NCBI GenBank assembly: GCA_020059465.1
Contig: JAGVBZ010000003.1
Location: 89,698-153,697 of the forward strand
Reading direction: 5' to 3'
Length of the DNA: 64,000 bases
From: Brevinematales bacterium
GTDB taxonomy: Bacteria; Spirochaetota; Brevinematia; Brevinematales; GWF1-51-8
Shown here: one piece after another, positions 44,989 through 55,700 of the stretch
Layout of the letters: each line of letters begins with the position of its first letter
Position numbering within the stretch: the stretch's first letter is position 1
The notes under the pieces: generated by a model
Told to the model about the DNA's origin: nothing
The model's input: the letters and a program-made list of their open reading frames with translations, nothing else
Databases searched by the model: none
Translations under genes and position numbers: made by a program

Positions 44989-46689
44989 CTATAATTCGTA
45001 CCCCAGCGTCAACGCGACCTTCGTACCCTGCTGTACCGCCCACGCCTGAGTCTTCTCCTGCTCGAAGTATGTGGTCGACCGCGAGGCGTCGGTCACCGAC
45101 GTCTTCAGCAGCAGAGAATAGATCAGCGGCTCGTACAGTTCGATACGCAGTGTGTAACGGTCCCACTGGTACATGAGGCCGATCACCGAATTGAACCATA
45201 TCTCGCGCTTAAAATTATCGCGGTAGCTCACCGGGGAAAACACCACATCCGCGGCCGTATTCTGGTTCGTCCCGTACGTCTTCGTCATAAACGTGAATTT
45301 CGTATTGATAAACAGCACAAGCGACAGACCGAGTTTCTCGGTCTTGGTGCCGTATAACGGTATCATCATCGCGAGGTCGGCGCCAAAATCCGCGAAATGC
45401 TCGTCGGCGTAGGAATAATTTTCCCACCAGTACTCGATGCCCTGATATGATGTCGTATTCCAGAAGGTTGACTTCGATCCTCCGATGAGGCTGTTCCAAC
45501 GGTCGTACTTGTTCTCGAAACGGGTATAACAGTACTCAGCCAAAAGCGCGATATCGAGCGAGAACCCGTGCCCCCCGAAAATATTCACGTTAGGGTTCGC
45601 CTCCACTACTATGCTGGAAAACGACTCGCGCGAACTGGTCTGGATACTCATGTTCTCGGCAAGAGCATTATAGGCGTTATTATTCTCGTAGCCGAAAAAC
45701 AAAAGAAGATTGAGCGAATATGCCTGTGTGCGTTTCAGTACAAAATTGCCGTAAAGCCGGTAGATCAGGTCTTCGGTCTTCTTCGACCAAACATTTTTCA
45801 CATAGCTCCCGTCGAAATTTTTCTGCAGTACCGTATTCGTGCTGTCCGACTTCCAGACATACTGATCCTGCGCTCCCGTAATGTAACGAAACCTGCTTCC
45901 GACTTTTACCGACGGGAACGTTGTCCCGAATTGAATATCGAACTGATAGAGAGGCCCGATGGAATAACTGTTCTGAAGCCATGCGTCGCCGTTAATATGC
46001 TTATACCCGAAAATGTGGTTGCATCCCACCGTCGTCCATCCCCATGTCAGCCTGTCGGATGTGATATCGGTACCGTTGACGGTCGCATTGAACGAGGAAC
46101 TCAGGTTTCCGGTATTTTTATAGCCGAATCCCAGCTTGAGTCCCGACGGGTTGCTTCCCAGCATAAAACCGAGTACACCCTGAATATAGATATTATGGAT
46201 ATGATGCGCGACATCGTATGAAAACGGAATATACTGGATCGTGTTCGTCTCCACCCGGAGATTGCCCTGCGCGTCGCCGTACATCGCGTCGAGAGTATAC
46301 CGCACAGTCAGCATTGATTTGATATTTTTCGACCATTTATGGAAATAATTCACCTGTCCTTCGATAACTGACATGAAGCCGTACTGGCTGAAATAGGAAG
46401 ATTCCGTATCGCCGGTTTCCTTCACAAAATTTATACTCTGCTCGGTGGATGCGTAGGAATCGTTGGGCCGGTTCACCGGCTCGTCGACATCTCCCCACCA
46501 TGGAAGACTTTGGTAGGAAGCTGTCACCCATACGGCATCCTTTTCGAATTCGAGCACACTCTGCGGGAACGCCATCATCGAAAGGTACGGATTCGACCCC
46601 ACGAAAAACACCCGCGCCCAATGAATTGCGGGGCTTGCCATGATGAAAAAAACGCACCCGAAAGCGATGAGAAGATTAAATTTTTTCAT
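44989..46689 (-). CDS. putative outer-membrane beta-barrel protein
   Basis: Signal peptide. Alternating aromatic/glycine-rich beta-strand pattern over 566 aa. No specific family recognised. Confidence 0.55.
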   Translation of the reverse strand: MKKFNLLIAFGCVFFIMASPAIHWARVFFVGSNPYLSMMAFPQSVLEFEKDAVWVTASYQSLPWWGDVDEPVNRPNDSYASTEQSINFVKETGDTESSYFSQYGFMSVIEGQVNYFHKWSKNIKSMLTVRYTLDAMYGDAQGNLRVETNTIQYIPFSYDVAHHIHNIYIQGVLGFMLGSNPSGLKLGFGYKNTGNLSSSFNATVNGTDITSDRLTWGWTTVGCNHIFGYKHINGDAWLQNSYSIGPLYQFDIQFGTTFPSVKVGSRFRYITGAQDQYVWKSDSTNTVLQKNFDGSYVKNVWSKKTEDLIYRLYGNFVLKRTQAYSLNLLLFFGYENNNAYNALAENMSIQTSSRESFSSIVVEANPNVNIFGGHGFSLDIALLAEYCYTRFENKYDRWNSLIGGSKSTFWNTTSYQGIEYWWENYSYADEHFADFGADLAMMIPLYGTKTEKLGLSLVLFINTKFTFMTKTYGTNQNTAADVVFSPVSYRDNFKREIWFNSVIGLMYQWDRYTLRIELYEPLIYSLLLKTSVTDASRSTTYFEQEKTQAWAVQQGTKVALTLGYEL

Positions 46690-46710
46690 ATTTTCCTCCG
46701 GGTAATGAAA

Positions 46711-46735
46711 TAAAAATCGGGGCTTTCGCCCCGAT
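46711..46735 (-). terminator. rho-independent terminator after channel gene
   Basis: ATCGGGGC-tttc-GCCCCGAT (46716-46735). The plus-strand A-run at 46711-46715 is a U-run on the minus transcript. Confidence 0.65.
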
Positions 46736-46763
46736 TCATTCTAACATATTTTTATTATTTATT

Positions 46764-48722
46764 CTATAATTCATCTTCCGCAAAAACCACAAGAAAATCG
46801 CTCCCGGTAATCGTATATTTTTCTTTTTTGTCGGGGTTAATGATAACGCCGAAGTTTTTCCCGGAATCGGCTGCGTTCTCCGACATGCGAAGGCCGATAC
46901 AGACCTCGCTGCGTTTCCGTGCCGCGTGAATCATGTCCGGGAACGATGCCTCAACCGGCAGCTGGGAGAAGTAATAGCCGGCGGGTTTCAGGTATATTTC
47001 GCTCCCCTCGGCGCCGAACATCTCGTTGTAGACATCGATTAACCCCGGTTCCTCGCTTAACTGCGACATGAGATAGGTCAGCATTTTATTGCTGATAATA
47101 AAGTCGTCTGCGTTGTATTCGGTAATCAATTCCTGGTTCTCGGAATTCAGCACCTGCGTTATTATCGTCGTACGCGACTTTTTTCCGCCGTTTTCGCCGA
47201 GTATTTTCCGCAGGAAAAGCAGTATCACCAATGTATCGGAGTCGACTTTTTCAGGGTTGAAATCGTTCTCATTCTGCGCGAGAATAATCACACTGTTGTA
47301 GCTGAACGGATTGACAGCGCGAAGATTATCCATCGATAGGGGACTTGCTTCAATCAGATTTACGGTCAATCCGGTATTTCCCGATCGGAGATCGGAAATG
47401 TTCTTTTTTACTTCGTCGGATGGAGAATCCAGCAGAATATCGATTACGGAACCTTCAGCAAGATAGTTTGCAAATTCGTCGATCACCACAGATGCAATAC
47501 TATGCCATCCCAAAATCAACTGGCGTGCAGTCTCTTTTTTTACAGTGACCTGCTCAAACGGGTAATCCGCCGGAGTGAATTCAGCTTTCTTTTTGAATTT
47601 TATAGTCGAATCATCCTGCGCCAGCATAATCAGTTCATCCCCTTCCTGCATTAGAGTTCCGGCCGGCGGATTGATGAGAATCGTTCCGTCGGCATGCCTA
47701 ATACCGTAAGGGGCGCCGTCGGGATAATGATACGCCAAGTCTTCGAATTTTATTCCGATAAAGTCGTCTGAAACAAAATATGTTTCCGACCCGGCGTATC
47801 CCAATATTTCATTATATACCAGTTCCAATCCATTGGAAATAGCGGTCTGCACCAGGAGTTTACCCAGTATTTCCTTAGCCGTAATCGCATTGATTTTCGG
47901 GTCTTCAAGCGTCTTTATGATCTCAAAACTCTCGTCGTTGAATAATTCCAGCACAATATTGAGTTTGTTTACTCCGCCCTGAACGCTGATAAGCGCAAGT
48001 AATGTTTTAATAATTTTAGTATCCGATAATTTTTTTTCCTCGGGCGATGCGCCTTCCGGACATGTGGATAATAAAATCGCCGAGCGCGCTTCTGTAACAT
48101 TTATTTTCATCAGTTGAGACACCGAAGAGGTAGCTCCGCTCCGGGTAATAATTTTCGTGGTCTTCGTATCGTCTATCGCCTCTGCAATTTCATCGTCCAT
48201 CGTTTCTTTTTCGCTCTCCGCCATTATAACGATCGCCGCTTTTTTCCTGCTCTCGTTTGCGATAATCAGAGTGCCGATGATATCCATCACCCGTTCATTC
48301 CAACCGAGGATAATGGTATGGTCTGATTCTATTACCCGGCTTCTACCCTTTCTGAAATTATATACGGTTTCCTCAAACTTCTGGCCTATCAAGCCTATTA
48401 ACGCCGAGAAAATGACCATTCCAATGAGGATAGTTACAATACCCAAAATTTTATATGTTATTGAAAAGGATGATTCTCCCCCGACATTTCCCGGATCCGC
48501 AATCTCCGTGAAAGCTAACCAGATGTGTTCACCCATATCCGAATCGGCGACCTGTTCGCCGAAGGGCTGCGGATCAACGGTAAACATTATCGCCCTAATG
48601 CCCGCCACCAGACCAAACGCAATAAAGAAAATTACTAACAGACTAAGAAAAACCGCCGAGCCGCCCTTCGCCATAAAGTTTTCAAAATTATAGCGCAGCC
48701 GTTCCCCAATCTTTGGCCGCAT
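46764..48722 (-). CDS. CASTOR/POLLUX-family ion channel with tandem RCK-like domains
   Basis: Pore region WLAFTEIADPGNVGG, compared with the plant CASTOR/POLLUX filter AD(A/S)GN. Post-pore stretch FRKGRSRVIESDHTIILGWNERV...IANES...IVIMAE is collinear with my recollection of CASTOR. Confidence 0.75.
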   Translation of the reverse strand: MRPKIGERLRYNFENFMAKGGSAVFLSLLVIFFIAFGLVAGIRAIMFTVDPQPFGEQVADSDMGEHIWLAFTEIADPGNVGGESSFSITYKILGIVTILIGMVIFSALIGLIGQKFEETVYNFRKGRSRVIESDHTIILGWNERVMDIIGTLIIANESRKKAAIVIMAESEKETMDDEIAEAIDDTKTTKIITRSGATSSVSQLMKINVTEARSAILLSTCPEGASPEEKKLSDTKIIKTLLALISVQGGVNKLNIVLELFNDESFEIIKTLEDPKINAITAKEILGKLLVQTAISNGLELVYNEILGYAGSETYFVSDDFIGIKFEDLAYHYPDGAPYGIRHADGTILINPPAGTLMQEGDELIMLAQDDSTIKFKKKAEFTPADYPFEQVTVKKETARQLILGWHSIASVVIDEFANYLAEGSVIDILLDSPSDEVKKNISDLRSGNTGLTVNLIEASPLSMDNLRAVNPFSYNSVIILAQNENDFNPEKVDSDTLVILLFLRKILGENGGKKSRTTIITQVLNSENQELITEYNADDFIISNKMLTYLMSQLSEEPGLIDVYNEMFGAEGSEIYLKPAGYYFSQLPVEASFPDMIHAARKRSEVCIGLRMSENAADSGKNFGVIINPDKKEKYTITGSDFLVVFAEDEL

Positions 48723-48898
48723 ACATTTCCTCCTTTAATTGTTAGCTGTTCTGAAAATACCTTCAATTATTATAGCATTTTTATTATTTTAGTAAAGGAT
48801 TGGATATATTATTTATCTCATACTGCATCATCTGATCCAACTCGGATACCCGCCGGCATAACGGATTTCCTTTCCCTTTCACGCAGGCATTCTGGCAA

Positions 48899-48923
48899 TA
48901 AAAAAAGGCGGGCATTGCCCGCC
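48899..48923 (-). terminator. rho-independent terminator after phosphoesterase gene
   Basis: GGCGGGCA-t-TGCCCGCC (48907-48923). The plus-strand A-run at 48899-48906 is a U-run on the minus transcript. Confidence 0.7.
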
Positions 48924-48932
48924 TGCATTGTC

Positions 48933-50654
48933 TTACTTCACTTCAAACGTATCGAATACGACGCCTTTATCGTCAATCGCATTCAGTATAATTTTATCCG
49001 AATATACTGTCACCCGCATATAATTGAATGTCCGTTTATCGATCCGGCTCCATTCCGATTCTTTTTCCACATCGTATAGAAACTGCCCCCCGCCTGCGGA
49101 AATAACATAAATCGTGCCTTTATCGGCTTTTTTATTTGCCTTCATGGGATAGGAGACTTCGTACCCATGCTCATGCCCGCAGAATACAAGATTCACCCCG
49201 TATTTATCGAACAACGGTACCAGGTGTGTTTGAATCATTTCGTCGTCGCCGTGCTTCTTGGAACTGTACGGCGGAATATGCATATACACGATTCGGAACT
49301 TATATTTCGCCGCTTTCTTCAATTCGCCCTCGAGCCATTTCACCTGCGGCGAACCGGTTTCAATATTGTTATTATTGTCCAGACATATAAAATAGGTGTT
49401 TTCCCACGTAAACGAGTACCATTTCGGTTTGCCGGTAATATAATTAAAGAAAGGCGATTCATATTCATGGTTTCCCATCGCTGGCTGATATAAGAACTTT
49501 TTCAGATAGCACCTGTTGAGGGAGTAATATGAATTCCAGTCGGCTGCCTTAAGCCCATCCATCACAAGGTCGCCGGTATCCATTACAAACGCGATATTGG
49601 TCTCCTTCGCCATTAACGCGGGAATCACTGTGGTCGCATTGCAGTGAATATCTCCGACCTTCAGGAACGTAAAAGGCAATCCTTTTTTAGGCAGTATGAA
49701 CGAGTTGGTAGCCTTCTGACCCTGAATGTTGATCAATAGTTCCGAACCCCATTTTGCGGGAAAATCGAAAGAATAGTACTGCGTATTACTAAATGATTTG
49801 GAAACGAATTTCTCGCCGGCAAAAGCATAGTTGATCTGGTTCGGTTTTTCATTTTTCTGAGAGTAGGTAAATGTCAGGTTTTTTCCATCGCCGGTAAATC
49901 CTATATTCCACCCTTCAATCGAAGTCTTTCCGATTGTTTTACCCCAGTTATCGATTGCGACATTGAAAACCTGCCCATCCTTTTTCACAACCGTGCTGGT
50001 ATGTATCAGTTCGTTCTTTTCGTCACGCGCTTTGGTCGCCCAGCTTCCGAGGGTGAATTCCATAAAAACTGTCTCGTTTAGTCCTGCCTTAAAAGTCGCG
50101 GAGTATTCCAAATCGTTTATCTTTTTCATTTTCAGCGCTGTCGCGTTCCACTCAGTACTCATCCCCTTCTTGACAAGCACCGACGCGCTTCCCGCAAGAT
50201 ATATCTCCATTCCCTCCGGCTTCGGCTCTTTCATCTTTATTTTCACTGTCAGCGATACGTTGCTGATCGTGACGTTGGTAGCAAACTCATACTTCTTCCC
50301 GTCAGTCGCGACAGTCACAACCTTAAACGGGTATACGCCGTTCTTCTCATAGATAACGTCACCCTTCAGCATAATTGGTTTCTCGTACGATTCGCCGATT
50401 ATTTTACCGCCGAGATAGAACTTAGCGTTGGTAACAAATATATCGATATTTCCCTTCGACCCGTCGTCGAAAAACTCGTAAAGTCTCGGTACGATACTTA
50501 TTTTTCCCGCAAGCAGTGTGGTCTTATGGAACGGCATTACATGAAGACCTAACCCGACAGATACTTTATCCGTTATCTCCGGCGGTTTAACACCGCCGCC
50601 GCCGCATGATAAAAACAACAGCGAAACAATGAATAAGTAAATGATATTGCGCAT
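48933..50654 (-). CDS. lipoprotein calcineurin-like metallophosphoesterase with N-terminal Ig/CBM-like modules
   Basis: Lipobox LFLSCGGGG. Phosphoesterase motifs GDIHCN, GDLVMDG, GNHEYE, MHIPPY, GHEHGYE. CBM-like stretch EIYLAGSASV...WNATALKM...YSATF...FMEFTLGSW. Confidence 0.8.
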   Translation of the reverse strand: MRNIIYLFIVSLLFLSCGGGGVKPPEITDKVSVGLGLHVMPFHKTTLLAGKISIVPRLYEFFDDGSKGNIDIFVTNAKFYLGGKIIGESYEKPIMLKGDVIYEKNGVYPFKVVTVATDGKKYEFATNVTISNVSLTVKIKMKEPKPEGMEIYLAGSASVLVKKGMSTEWNATALKMKKINDLEYSATFKAGLNETVFMEFTLGSWATKARDEKNELIHTSTVVKKDGQVFNVAIDNWGKTIGKTSIEGWNIGFTGDGKNLTFTYSQKNEKPNQINYAFAGEKFVSKSFSNTQYYSFDFPAKWGSELLINIQGQKATNSFILPKKGLPFTFLKVGDIHCNATTVIPALMAKETNIAFVMDTGDLVMDGLKAADWNSYYSLNRCYLKKFLYQPAMGNHEYESPFFNYITGKPKWYSFTWENTYFICLDNNNNIETGSPQVKWLEGELKKAAKYKFRIVYMHIPPYSSKKHGDDEMIQTHLVPLFDKYGVNLVFCGHEHGYEVSYPMKANKKADKGTIYVISAGGGQFLYDVEKESEWSRIDKRTFNYMRVTVYSDKIILNAIDDKGVVFDTFEVK

Positions 50655-50735
50655 AGCAATCCCCTTTTTTTTATTTTGTAATAATTATAAAGCGGGAGAG
50701 GGGAATGTCAATATATGGGATATGTATGAGGGAAT

Positions 50736-50764
50736 AAAAAACCCCGCCCGAAGGCGGGGTTTTA
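50736..50764 (-). terminator. rho-independent (bidirectional) terminator
   Basis: CCCCGCC-cgaa-GGCGGGG (50742-50759), flanked by A5 and T4. Confidence 0.7.
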
Positions 50765-50781
50765 TTGAAACCTAAACTATC

Positions 50782-51705
50782 TTACCAAGTAACGAAACCG
50801 TTGGTATAGGTCTTTGAAACTGAAGTAGCTGCAGCAGGAATACCAATTGTGGTCTGCACGTTGGCACCGTCGCCCCATGAGAAGGAACCTGCACTTTTAG
50901 CCTGAAGCTTTACAGCAATCGCAGCTCCACCGGTATGGGTCCATGTAAGCGAAATGTTTGTGCCGGTAACTGTTACAAGTCTCTGATCGCCAAGACCTGT
51001 AATATTACCCCATGTATTTGTACCACTCACCGAAAGAGATCCGGCGCCGCCTACGAAGGCATAATTGGTATCAACATGTCCGTCAGGTGCATCAATAGGA
51101 TTGAGACAGATGATAGTAACAGTTACATTAGATACACTATAGGTAGGAGCAATACCACCCCAATTCTGTATACCGTTAGGCGCTACATCAACATTATTTC
51201 CGGAAACCGCATTAGTTCCAAGATTTGTCGCAAGAGCATTAGCTCCTACTACGACATCAAGCGATCTGTTGTTTACTTCGCCGCCGGAGGTGGTTTTTTC
51301 AACTGTCGCCCAACCACTGTCTCCGCCATAACCAAGAGTACCGTTTGCAAATTTGAACTGAATGGTAGTATTATTGGTTAAATCATTCCTGAGAACGATT
51401 TCATAGAGACCAGCACCCTTGTAGGTCATCAAAGCGTTCGGATCGTTCGGGGTCCATGCCTGTAAAACTTTGCTAGCATCTGAAACGAGCTTTAAGCCAG
51501 CAAGACTACCGACAATATAAACGGCGTTAGTCGCAGCATTATTCGGTTCATAAAGGTCAGCAGCACCGGCAAGGGTCTTTACCTGAATCGTAATCGTGGG
51601 CCCAGTATAACCAGTAGGTGCAGGTTTTGTTCCATCACCTGCAGGAGCACAGCTAATCATAACCAATCCAACAATGACTGCAAAAGCAATCAAAAGCTTC
51701 TTCAT
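50782..51705 (-). CDS. lipoprotein with two CBM-like beta-sandwich halves
   Basis: Lipobox LVMISC. VYIVGSLAGL...W.P...M...GLYEI...IQFKFANG...W resembles starch-binding CBM patterns. T/G/N/S-rich. About 42% GC. Confidence 0.6.
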   Translation of the reverse strand: MKKLLIAFAVIVGLVMISCAPAGDGTKPAPTGYTGPTITIQVKTLAGAADLYEPNNAATNAVYIVGSLAGLKLVSDASKVLQAWTPNDPNALMTYKGAGLYEIVLRNDLTNNTTIQFKFANGTLGYGGDSGWATVEKTTSGGEVNNRSLDVVVGANALATNLGTNAVSGNNVDVAPNGIQNWGGIAPTYSVSNVTVTIICLNPIDAPDGHVDTNYAFVGGAGSLSVSGTNTWGNITGLGDQRLVTVTGTNISLTWTHTGGAAIAVKLQAKSAGSFSWGDGANVQTTIGIPAAATSVSKTYTNGFVTW

Positions 51706-51727
51706 AAAATCCTCCTAAAAAATGTTT

Positions 51728-52744
51728 TTATGGTAATGTAATACTAATCCAGTTCGACGCCGCAATCTTGCCGGAGACCATGATATTAGACTGAATGGCA
51801 ACGGATGGCGCTAATAAATCCATTACTTTCTTACTTGCAGCAACATTTGCGCTACCGCCAACTCCCGGGGTGTATTGACCCGAATACCCAGTTATAGTAC
51901 GCAAGTATCCGTTATTACCCGGATAAGCACTGGTCACTGCGTAATCCTCCCATCCAAAGGTAATCAATGTTATCTTCCAATCACCAGCGGTAAGAATACT
52001 CGATCGATACACTTTAAACGCAAATACTGTAGAGATATTAGGATAATTATATCCAGCATCATAGAGAAAATCATTGCTGACCTTAGAAAGCAGATCCTTA
52101 TTACCGCCTGCCGTAGCTGTTACCGCATAGGATTGATCCCAAAGCGCACCAAAAACAGGAGTTGTCATCCCACTTACTCCTAAACCGTAAAGAATTTGAA
52201 CATCAGGGGTTGTCAGTAATGTGCTCATCGATTCAAGCTTATCTCTATTTCCAGTATCCTGCGGGGAATAAAACGCTAAATTTGTTCCTGCACCCTTTGA
52301 ATTGAGCCCTACAGGAGCACTGCTGTTCGTTCCAAACCATGCCCCCATTAAAAGCCACCTAAATCCTGTTGTGCTTTGTGCGTTAGCTACTGAATTATAT
52401 ACTCGATCCTGCAAACAAACATAGAAGTATACAAAATTCGCGTCCGCCGATATGATTACCTGATGAATATCCAGACAACCTTTGTTATAAGCCGAGGGAT
52501 AGGTCATCCACCCGCGTTCATAATCGTCTCCGTCAGGATCGTTAATCGTCGCTAGCACGGTACCTTGAACTGTAATAAAACTATTATTTGAGCTTGTCAG
52601 CGTCTGATAGTTAGTGTAACCGCCCTGCCCCGGATCTTCACCCGGCCGCAAATAAGAAGTATCTTTGTATGCGGGTTCCAGTGTCTCTGTCCAGCAGGAT
52701 GCCAATAACAGAATACTAAATACTAACAGTATATATTTCTTCAT
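51728..52744 (-). CDS. lipoprotein with glucodextranase-C/SLH-like binding module
   Basis: Lipobox LLLASC. DPDGDDYERGWMTYPS...LDIHQVII...FGWEDY...VMDLLAPSVAIQSNIM parallels the module in the downstream 1052-aa protein. Confidence 0.6.
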   Translation of the reverse strand: MKKYILLVFSILLLASCWTETLEPAYKDTSYLRPGEDPGQGGYTNYQTLTSSNNSFITVQGTVLATINDPDGDDYERGWMTYPSAYNKGCLDIHQVIISADANFVYFYVCLQDRVYNSVANAQSTTGFRWLLMGAWFGTNSSAPVGLNSKGAGTNLAFYSPQDTGNRDKLESMSTLLTTPDVQILYGLGVSGMTTPVFGALWDQSYAVTATAGGNKDLLSKVSNDFLYDAGYNYPNISTVFAFKVYRSSILTAGDWKITLITFGWEDYAVTSAYPGNNGYLRTITGYSGQYTPGVGGSANVAASKKVMDLLAPSVAIQSNIMVSGKIAASNWISITLP

Positions 52745-52761
52745 ATAAATACTACCTCCTT

Positions 52762-55700
52762 TTAGAAACTGATGTCCAACTCAGTCAACGCCACAATATC
52801 AAACTTGTTGCCATAATATGGCAGAGGTACCCTAAAGTCATAATTATGTGTACCGCCCCATACTAACTGTCTCGGATTATCAGCTATATAACCCTGAATA
52901 TACGAGCGCAAAGTCCCTAACGGTGTACTCCACTGCATATCAAGTATTAAGGTATAGCCAGTAACATTATAATTAGGATAAGGCGCATCAGGGTACAAGT
53001 CAAATAAATTATCCATTCGGTATTCAAACCCAAGCCCAACTCTAAACGCCTTACTAAACTGGTAATAAGCTGTCAACTTAGGTACATGGCTGGTATATAT
53101 CATACCCCAATTGAAGTTAAATACTCCGCTCATGCCGTCATGGGTGTGAGAAGTAGCGGACATCGGCCACCAGTTTTTAGTCCGATTGAAAAGCCAGCTT
53201 AACTTCACATCGAGACCATTACCGATATTAAATTTATAACCTATAAACCCGTATCCACGCATACCATAACCCAAAGTATCATTTGTAATCTTTTTAGTGG
53301 GGCTTCCTGGATTTACTACTATCGACCCGTTGGTGATATTCCCATCCAATTGGTTCCAGTTAGTGTTGTTAAAGCCCCAGTATGAAAATTCACCCTGAAA
53401 ACTTAACAGTCCGAAAGTCCCTTGAATTACTCCAGTCAAACCCTTCCATTGTCCGTCGGCGATGCTTTCCCACATAACATAGTCCCATTTCTGGAATTTC
53501 GCATCATCTTGTGCATACGCAGATGCTGACTGGTTTCCGTACATTAACAATACATCCTGACGAGCGGCATTTCCATAATCTCCACGGCTCGCCATCATCG
53601 AGTAATAATCCTTAATATAGAAACCCTGCGCTAAAAAGTTCAGGCCGCTTCCAGCAATATTCTTTAACTTTAATGTTGCAACAGCAAACACACCGTTTAT
53701 ATTGCTCGTACCAATCGGGATACCAACTCCGCCTTCGGTCAGTATTCCTCCGGCAACATCATTTGTACCGCGTATTACGCCGGACATACCGCCCTGGAGC
53801 TGAATTCCTAATGCTGTATCACCCATCTTGAAGTCTAGATTAATATCAGCATCACATGCAAAGTTCTGTAATCGGCGAATTATACCATATAGTTTTGTAT
53901 CAGAATCTTGCTTCCCCATTTCCCAATCGCTATACAGCATGCCGGTTACTTTTGTTTTCAGGAAAGTCAAGGGTTCAATTTTAAATAATGCACATAAAAC
54001 ATTATCACGTGCTGTATAATTTCCCAACCCCCAGTTTAAACCAAGCCATGGGAATGGGTAAAAGTAACTGACATTATAAACAATATTCATCTCTTCACTA
54101 GATCCATCGATAAATAATCCTTTAAACTTATCTCGGTCCGGATACGACGCAGCACCCACAGTCCATGCCGAAAGATGAAATTCGTAGTTTCCAATTGAAA
54201 TATAATCGATAGTAGGTATAGGATTAACAAACTGAAAGCGAAAAGATTCAAAATCAACCGATACAGCCTGTGGGCCGTGATTATCTCTATAATAATTCCC
54301 TTGCCAATAGTCCCATTGTGCATCAGGACCCCACCATGTTGAGATTCGAGCATAAAAGTTAACTAAATCCGTAAACGCTTTTCCGTAAAACTCTAAGGTA
54401 AAACGCGAATAAATGTGATTATCATAATAGGTTTCCGGTTTAAATGTTGTGTTTAATCCGCCGCCGCCAAAGGTATTTGGATGATCGGGGGTATATGGAG
54501 TATTATCAAGATTGTAATACCATTGTGCGTTTACACTACCTGAAAAAGTAAAATTATCACTTACATATTTATCTTTTTGTGCGGGAGGTTTAATTTTTGA
54601 CGCTAAATCTTTAGCAAAACCTGAATATCCACCGCTAGGAGCCCATTGTGTGGTATCACCAGAGTACAATAGCGGTATAACCGCTCTAACATCCATCTTC
54701 GGGTCAGGATAGCTTTCCCATACGTTAAGGATAGCAAACTGGTCTTTTGCTTCCTGTAATGTACCCTTAGCAGGCCAAACAAGCATATCCATTATTTCAG
54801 GATCACCCCAATAATCATTACCGCCGCCGAAACGATGCAATCCGCGGTACTCATTAACATTTCTTGTAAGAATATCTTCAGGATCAGGATATCCTTCGTT
54901 AGATTGAGCAAGCAATTGCCATCCCCATTTCGAAATATCTGTGTCGGACATAATTCCCAAATCGGATTTTTTTACTACCGCTGTAAAAGTCCTACCCTGA
55001 GCGGATATCTTTATCGGAACAATGATATCTGCAGACATCTCTTTTGCCTTTACATCGATTTCAATCTGTACCCGAGAATCCGGCTGAGGAGTGATAATAA
55101 CCGCCTTTTCCCATGCATTTGCGGGGTCAAAGTAGATATTACAGCCTGGAATTGACTTAACATACCCAGATCCAGGCACCTTATCTTGGTCAATATATAT
55201 CTGGAAATGCTGAATATCAAAATCAGCAGCCATTCCCCAGTCCTGTTTTACATCAGCATTAATTGTTATCTGAAATATTACATTATCAGATCCCGATGCA
55301 TCGACTGTAAAGAAAACAATATCAAACCCGCCCGGAACATATACAGGATTTGTCGGATAGGTGTAATACCCGGGTCCTTTATCGTCACCTATCGGATCTA
55401 AAAATTTTAACACATTGGGTTTAATTATATGATTATCAGGCAAATTTGCATCTATATTTTCAGAAATACCCGCCATACTCGGTTCGGGATGTTTCTGAGA
55501 GACTTTCGCTACTTTTTTAGGAGAGGAGTTTGCGTCTTTCGGATTTGTACCGGCTTCATATTCTTCTTTATTCGAAACACCGTCGCCGTCCGCGTCGGCA
55601 TTAGCGTCGGTCAACCCGTAGAACTTCATCCAATCGTCAGCGACACCGTCTTTGTTCTTATCGACGTCTTTGTCAGTAGGATTGGTTTTCAGCTTATATT

